The translations under genes and the position numbers were made by a program. From Octopus vulgaris (taxonomy: Eukaryota), in assembly GCA_951406725.2 (NCBI GenBank), contig OX597828.1, positions 72,602,001 through 72,666,000 on the forward strand: 64,000 nucleotides of DNA, written 5' to 3'. Under the pieces are notes generated by a model. The model saw only the letters and a list, made by a program, of their open reading frames with translations. It ran no database searches and had not been told where the DNA came from. How positions within the stretch are numbered: the stretch's first letter is position 1; every line of letters begins with the position of its first letter. Of the stretch, positions 56,030 through 64,000 are shown piece by piece.

Positions 56030-57080
56030 GCATAAAATTCTATATATCTAGGGAAATTACTTGGTTCACCTTGATTACCTCCCTTCCATTACTTTTTAAT
56101 ATATCTTTTTAATATACCTCATCCTGATATATTTGCTAAATTGATAAAGTTTTTTTCCACAGTTAGTAAATACTATTTCTAACATATTCTTTTAATTCAA
56201 CTCATTAATAAAATAAATCACCATTTACTAGCTAATTGCGATTCTATATTAATTGAAATGGATATATATATATTTATATAGATATGAAATGATTGAAAAA
56301 AATTCTATATATCTAGAGAAATTACTTGGTTCATCTTGATTACCTTCTTCCATTACTTTTTGATATATCTTATTGACTCCTGATATATGTGCTAAATTGA
56401 TAAAGTTTTTTTTTCCACATTTAGTAGATATTATGTTTAAAACATTTTCTTTTAATTTCGTTCTTGGATTTGGTTTGCAAGATTCTTTATATGAGTTCGT
56501 GTGTTGAAGTATATTCAGTTGTGTTTGGGAAGAGTCATTCTCTTTTAGTGCCTTATTATTTAACACACTCACCGGTAAAATTTCCACGTCTTTCATTTTT
56601 TTTATTTTCTAAAATTTTCGTTGCGTGTTGCAACCTTTTCAATAGTCTTGACTCTCTTATTGGTTGATCTCTTTGTATATTTTCCTTTTGATGTTTTGTA
56701 ACATCGCGTGTTTCAGCTTTCTCCCTTGATGTTCTGTGAGTCCTAACCGCTTGACAGCTGAATTGATAGATTTTGCGTATAGCTTGGAGGAGATGCATGT
56801 TTTAATGAAGTGGAGCAGTCGGGTAGTCAAGACTATTGAAAAGGTTGCAACACGCAACGAACATTTTAGAAAATAAAAAAAAAGAAAGAAGTGGAAATTT
56901 TACCGGTGAGTGTGTTAAATAATAAGGCACTAAAAGAGAATGACTCTCCCCAAACAACAGAATTTTCTTTTAATTCAACTCATTAATAAAATAGATCACA
57001 ATTTACTAGCTACTTATGATTCTATATTAATAGAAATGGATATATATATATATATATTTATATAAATATGAAATGATTTC
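56030..57080. repeat. Complex duplication with a ~130-bp inverted repeat (56522-56653 / 56825-56956)
   Basis: Direct repeats 56035-56198 ~ 56298-56457 and 56186-56290 ~ 56965-57078; inverted arms around a ~170-bp spacer. Confidence 0.85.
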
Positions 57081-57879
57081 TATATTTTCTATCCCTATAT
57101 AAGATACTAATATTTATTGAAATCCTTTAGAAAATTATCTAAAGGATATTTACTTAAATTTCTTAATATAGAATCTGGATGTTAAATGGTAAGGGACATT
57201 GAAAACCTCTAGCGCATTAGTAGTCTCTGTCCCCCTACCCCTCTAACTTCAACCAACTAGCTTTTTGCTATAATACATTCAAATATATCTAAACTGAATT
57301 CATCAAAATGGGGATGGGTTTATGGTTTTGACATTTGTTCTACCCCTTCCTATATCTATAACTAGAAAAAATTCTTGTTTGTTTCCATTCAACCAAGAAT
57401 AGAACCCCCTCCCCACTGACAGATATAAATAACAAAGTGAACTCAGTGATAAAATCTATAGACGGAGAGTGAACATACTACTATCATGTTCTTAAGAATG
57501 AAATCAACCTCTCTGTCTATATATCTACCCTATTTATAATGTTGGCAAATGAAATAGGGATAAGAATGTGCATTGTCCGAAATGAAGATTGCTCGACATT
57601 TTAAAACTGCTGTAATACTTACAGTGTTTAATAAAATGAAGTAGCATGAAACAATTGTACTACTCTACCTTGGATATACTTGTTGCTTATTTTCATATCT
57701 ATATATATAACAAAGTGGAGTTGTGGGGTACCGCACGAGTGGAATTATATACGAAAGAAGGTTTGAAAATGCAATTTAAAAGATGTTTATTTACTTTACC
57801 GGTTTCACTCTTTGGAAAAAGATTGTCAAAAGTAACATGTAGAAGTTTAGTTGCGTTAATTATTGGTTGTTGCAAATTG

Positions 57880-58270
57880 CTACATTACATATATACAGTC
57901 TTTGGTAACAGGGACATGTTAAGGACATAAAAAAGTTCAACAAGTTCCTTAAAATATTGACCACAAAAGATTACATAAATAATCGTTCCCAAAGACATAC
58001 TTAAGATAGTTTCCAGAAGGAATTGATATTGGTATTGTATCTGTATATTCAAACATGCACAGAATATTGGTTGACACAGAGTACTATAATCCATATAAAT
58101 ATACATTCTTTGGTGACAAGAGTATGTTGAGAATATAAAAAAGTTTAACAAGCTCATTGAAATATTGGGCAGAAAAGATTAAAACAAATATATTATACAT
58201 CTCAAGGTAATTTCCATGTGGAATTATTAAAAAAGTTCAGTATACACATACAGAATATTATGAGTTCAAA
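57880..58270. repeat. Diverged ~205-bp tandem duplication
   Basis: TCTTTGGT.ACA..ATAAAAAAGTT.AACAAG..AAATATTG..CA.AAAAGATTA occurs twice. Confidence 0.7.
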
Positions 58271-58547
58271 AAAATTTACATTATAATAGTGGTGAAGCTA
58301 AAACTGACCTGTCCGTTTTAGGAGGAGAAATGTGGAACTGAAAAGAATGTACCCTAATTTTCCTTTTTTGTCTCTCCTTCAAGCATCAATGATTTTGGGG
58401 TCAGGATGGGATGAGTGTGTGTGTGTGTATGTGTGTGTGTGTGCGTGCATACATACATATGTGGTGTGAATAGATGTGTCTGTGTGTCTGTAAGATCTGG
58501 TAGGATGGTGTGTCTGTTTGTCAACCGCGTGTGTGGTTGTCTTGGTG

Positions 58548-58594
<47 letters not shown>

Positions 58595-59127
58595 TGGATG
58601 GCATTTGGCATGATGCTGCGTGTGTATATGTGTGTCTGTATGGAAGTGAGATTGGTGTGAGTGTGTGTTTCCTTGTGTGTGTGCATATATATGTATACAT
58701 GTGTTTGTGTGTGTGTGGGGGGCTGTTTTTGATTGGTTCCAGGGTGGTGTAAATAGATGTGTGTTGTTTAAAGAGTTTTTGGGGGTAGGATGGTGTGTGT
58801 ATATGTGTGCCCATTTGTGTGTGTGTATGTGTGTGGTTAATGTCTATTAGTGTGTTGCGTGTGCGTTAGTGTGTATGTGTTTGTTCGCATGCGTGTCCAT
58901 GTCTGTTGGGTGTATCCGTGTGGCATGCGTGTATATGTGTCTTGCGTGTGTTGGTATTGAGTATGAGCTTGTGTGTGTGCGTACACACGGTGTGGGTGCA
59001 CGCGTCTTTGTGTGTGTATATACATGCATACATGTGTCTACGCATGTGTGCGGGCCATACATACACACTACATATATATATACATACACATATATACACA
59101 TCACACACACACACACACACACAGACA

Positions 59128-59161
<34 letters not shown>

Positions 59162-59645
59162 ACAATATATATATTGTATGTTTTTGTGGTGTAGATTGCA
59201 CGAAAAATTTTCAATTTTTAGGAATAATATATGGGATTAAAATGGTCAAAACTGCTTTACTTATATTAGTATAAAGAGTGTGGTTGTTTCCCAAACAATT
59301 GGCTTAAATATTATATTTAAATAAAATAATTATAATTTGGTGTATGGGCATATATAGTTGTGATCCATGAGGCTCGGTAGCGGGTGGTGGTGAACCCTGT
59401 TATACCCTTTCATCACAACTTTCTCTCACTGTTACTTCCTGTTTCTTTTGTACCTGTATTTCACAGGGCCAGCCTTGTCACTCTCTGTATCTCGCTGAAC
59501 CTCCCTAAGAATTACATTAAAGATACACGTGTCTGTGGAGTGCTCAGCCACTTGCAAATTAATTTCCCGAGCAGGCTGTTCTGTTGATTGGATCAACTGG
59601 AACCCTCGTCGTTGTAACCGACGGAGTGCTGTAGTAATACTTAAA

Positions 59646-59940
59646 TAAAGATTATTTGCGAACATAATGTTGCAGTCCCGGTTGGGACGATTGTTACTGC
59701 TATTTAACCCCAGGAAACATCGTCTCCAGCTGGCTATACGACACACAATCTATGTCCTTATTTTTTCAAAAATATAAGGACACAAGTGTCGTATAGCCAG
59801 CTGGAGACGATGTTTGCTGGGGCTAAATGACAATAGCATTCGTCCCAACCGGAACTGCCACATTACGTTGGCAAATAATCTTTACTTTAGATTACCATTA
59901 CTGAATGTCTCTCGTTGAGAGATTTAGAAATAATAATTTT
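59646..59940 (+). mobile_element. Fold-back element of the same family as 31229-31706, with shorter arms (59646-59884)
   Basis: Shared GTCTCCAGCTGGCTATACGACAC and tail TTACTGAAT.TCTCTCGTTG.GAGATTTA. Confidence 0.88.
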
Positions 59941-59959
59941 ACTATGTATTCGTATATCA

Positions 59960-60708
59960 TTAGTATACTTCTAATAAACTAGCTTGCCAGATTTTGTTAT
60001 TGCAGGATGGAGACGACTATCAAAGCACTCTGGATGCACAGCTGATTAGTTTGCAGAATGCAATCGGTGCGTGAAGACAATTTGGAAACTCGCTATGTGT
60101 TAAATTGGGCGAAAATCACTGCAGAAAATTATCAAATATTTCAGACTGCTTATGGGTCAATTTGTATGATCCGAGCATCTGTTCTTCGCTGGCACAAGAG
60201 TCCAGGCAAAGCGAGTCCACCAGGAAGCATATGATAATCCGCCCTGTCGCAGCAAGGACATCGTCTACATCGCCTGAGTTCCCTGGTCAGACGGTCAACA
60301 AAAAGTATATTGGGGAAGTTTTGAGGGAGTTGAGGAACTTATTTCTTAGCAAAATTCCAGAGCGCTTGCGTCAGGACAATGCACCATTCAACAGTACCAA
60401 CCTAGTGACCAATTCCTTGACAGAGATGGGGACCAAAACTGTCCCTCACCCTCTTCACAATCCAGACCTTTCTCTCTGTAACTTTTGGTTGTTCTCCAAG
60501 CTGAAGGAGAGGGTGAAGGGCGCCGTGACAAGGGTCCGGAACACCTTCACTCCAGAGAACTTCTGTGGAACTTTCACAAAGTGGTTGGACTACTACAAAA
60601 CGTGCATTGAAGTCAGGATTCTATTTCGAAGATTAAGGTTTTAGACTTCTTTGAAATTTAATAAATGTCTTCCCTGAAAACGTCTCTAAAATTCTGGAAT
60701 GCACTTCG
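59960..60708 (+). mobile_element. Mariner remnant, internally deleted
   Basis: QDNAP..VPHPLHNPDLSLCNFWLFSKLKE; ends CACTTCG|TA. Confidence 0.8.
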
Positions 60709-62300
60709 TATGTATGTATGTATGTATGTATGTATGTATGTATGTATGTATGTATGTATGTATGTATGTATGTATGTATGTATGTATGTATGTATGTATG
60801 TACGTATGCATGCATGCATGTATATAAAATGGATCGAGGAATCACAGTCATACATATAGATGCACACATATCTATCTATCTATGTATCTATCTGTCTGTC
60901 TGTCTGTCTATCTTTATATGTGTGCATACGTGTGTAGTGGGTCTGTATGAACGTGTGTGTGTGTGCGTGTGTGTGTGTGTGCGCGTGTGTGTGTATGTGT
61001 GTGTGTATGCGTGTGTGTGTGTGTGTGTGTGTGTGTGCATCAACCCTGTACTGTAACATTGCTTTAAGTTTTTGGCACAAGCACTTTCAGTACAGGGGTT
61101 AAGTCGATTACATCTACCCAAGTTCTCAACTGGTCCCTTCTTTATCGACTCCGAAAAGCTAAATGGCAAAACTAACTTCAGCAGAATTTGAACTGATAAC
61201 GTAATGCTAATGATTTCGGTGTGCTACCGATTCTGCCAGTTTGCCGCCTTTCCAGGGACTTGTAACTGGTGCAATTCCAATTTGTAGTTTAATGAATTGT
61301 CCTCCGCTTATTTGTCTTGAGAAAAATGACCAGGAAGTGTACCAGCCATAAATACCATCATTTTTGGAAGACGTAATCAAATGATGCTTTGTTTGCTAAT
61401 GTAAGAAGTCTGCAAATGCAATCTTTAATAGGTCTCTCTTTCCTTTCGTTCTTTCAAGATCAAGAAAAGAATTCCGAATAGCACATTGGTTTCGATTCAC
61501 TTTGAAGGTTGTCTGTTACCAGAATGCACTTCCTTTCCTAGATAATATCACTTAAATTTGATTTAGTATTTTGAACGGATGTTACGAAAGATATTTTATA
61601 ACGAATAATTAATTAATCTTATTAAAAAAAATAAACGAAAACAATTTATGTATTCCAAGAAGAATTTGGAGAATTTAATGTATTTATTCACATTTAATCG
61701 ACAAGAAATTGAAAAAAACATTTTCCGTGTTAGTTGCTGACAATTTTCCAATCTCTTATGTTCTCTTCGCATTGAATTTTTATGAGTTCTTGTAGAAAAC
61801 AGTTCGTTAGAAGGAAGTTGTTTGGAATTTCAATGGAAGTCTGTAATTTGCATGAGAATGAAATCAGTTATTTTTATAACAAATCCTTAATAACAATCAA
61901 CAGCTGTTGTCGAGATGCAGTCAGCTTTTTCAAAAAATGCTTTATCTTCAATATTCAAACAAACGTGCATGTATTTGAAAATAATTTATATAGCGATATG
62001 AATTTTAATATTTCTCGTTCCTCAATGGTGTTTTATTTCTAATAAAATGAAATTACAATAAATGAAATATATTTTAAGTAATAAGCTTCTTGGAGAAGGG
62101 GATTAGCGAAGTGAACATATATTCTAAATATTAAAGGAAAAATGTAGAAACATCACCTATAAATCGATATTTCTTTTTGTATTAACAATGTTCATATTTG
62201 TCAAAGTAATAGCAATTTATTTTAGTTTATGCAGCATTCCGGGTCAGGCACTCTGGCACGTAGATACATATTCATGTATACGTGTGTGCGAGTCTTTATA

Positions 62301-63478
62301 TTAGGTTGGATGCAAAGTCATGAGGCATTTTGAACAAGGAAAGCAAAAGACGTTTATTTGGCTGTAATGGACATATTTAATCAAGATAGTAATTTCCCTC
62401 ATTTTTAATAGCATGATCTCATCCGGCTGATAAGTTGTTGATCCACCTAGCATAATAATCTTCACGTTTCGATGCAAAGAACGATTCAGTTTCTGTTTGT
62501 ACCTCTTCTCGATTTGTTAAATGTTTTTCATTTAAAAAAAAAACAAAATTTTGCAATGATTTGAAAAGATAGTAATCCGATGAAGCAAGGTCGGGTGAAT
62601 AAAGACAATAAAACAAAGCTTACATATTAAGCGTAAGAATTTTGTTCTGCGTAATTCGAACAAGATGTAGTCTTGCATTGTCATGAAGTCGCTTTTTCTA
62701 CAAATTTTGATGCAGTAATTTCAGTTGGTGACAATACTGAGCGGCATTAATTGTCTCGCCAGAGTCCAACACTTCACGAGAGACGACATCTTTCATATCT
62801 CACCAAATACAAAGTATATCTTTTTTCTGGGTGTAGTCCTGGTTTGGGTGTGGTTTACTCCTTTTCATTGGAGGATAAGCATTGTTGTTTCCTTTCGATA
62901 TTATTGCAAAGCATCCACTTTTCATCATTGATGATTATTCTACTTCAAAAAGGGTCACTAGCAAGTCTGCTTTTTAATGAAGTGCAAACGGCAACTCTTT
63001 GATTTTAGACCCCTTTACGAGTTTGTGCAGTGACAGATATTGAACACTCTTGCCAGTTCTCATGTAGTTTGCTTGGGGTTTTCTTCCACTACATTCCGTA
63101 AAACTTTGAGATCGACAGAACTTGGTCAACCTGATCGAGGGGAATCACTGAGGGAAAAGGTTTCCTGACAGAAATTGTTTAAACCCTTGTTGGCATGTTC
63201 GGACAGTTGGAGCTTCATTTTTATAGGCAGAACCAATATTCCTCGCTGCATCTTTTGCTGAAGAACCCTTTTCGTATTCACACAGCATACAATGTCTTCA
63301 GGTGTGTCTGATCGGCACTTATTCTAGAGGGCTCAGATTTCAGAAACAATAAACAATTTAGAATCAAAGTCTTCTCAAAGAAACAAGAAAAACATTAGAA
63401 CAAACAATGACAAGTTTATGTTGCATTCTGTATTGACAAAAATGTCTAAAATGCTACAGGACTTTGCCTCCAACCTAA
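62301..63478 (-). mobile_element. Decayed near-full-length mariner with TIRs and TA target duplication
   Basis: TA|TTAGGTTGGATGCAAAGTC...GACTTTGCCTCCAACCTAA|TA; YSPDLASSDY motif. Confidence 0.9.
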
Positions 63479-64000
63479 TACGCGAGTATGTATTGCTATC
63501 ATGGAAGTTTGTAAGCACCGGCGAGAAAATGGTTAAATCGGTGTTCTTTGAACGAAATCCTTTATTATAATTATTTTGTACAAAGTTACGGGTATTTCCT
63601 TTTCCCGTAGACGCTAATATTCCCCACCGATGACGACTAACAGAAATATAATATAGATATGTTAAAAATGTAAATATATGCAGAAAATTAGATTAATAAT
63701 ATGATAAATGATAATTGCTGATAATTGCACGAAATAATATATGCATAAAGACGTACATATATGCATAAATAACAAAGTTATACAGAAAGGAACACTGCAC
63801 TAAAAGAACTGAAGCGGTAAAGGTTGACAATGTTCGCTAAGTATTATTTATGTCAATCACCCTTCATGTCCCTATACTAATAAAAGATAAAAAGGGTTGG
63901 ATATACATGCCTACATCCCAGTATCTTTATGTAACTTGGTGCGTTTACAATATTTGTCTGCAGCAAGAGATTTTCTCAATTACAAAATGCTGTGATTGGC

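Overview
AT-rich, microsatellite-dense eukaryotic DNA. The SINE families and repeat landscape suggest an octopus or other cephalopod (inference). I see no convincing host protein-coding exon, and most tracked ORFs are microsatellite artefacts. The real coding content is transposon-derived: two 5'-truncated Penelope-like retroelements (PLEs) with RT + GIY-YIG (Neptune-like at 4657-6270, minus; Naiad-like at 51209-52672, plus), decayed Tc1/mariner/maT transposases, RTE and RLE-type (R4/Dong-like) LINE fragments, non-autonomous Helitrons, a hAT MITE and many tRNA-derived SINEs. The most notable signal is non-coding. There are at least six foldable type-I hammerhead ribozyme motifs from about five sequence families, plus decayed ones. 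They sit in short elements, most of which end at (TA)n microsatellites. There is also a set of long fold-back (hairpin) elements with shared 3' tails. Together these suggest a system of PLE-mobilised, ribozyme-bearing, often hairpin-forming mini-elements. All folds and alignments were done by eye.
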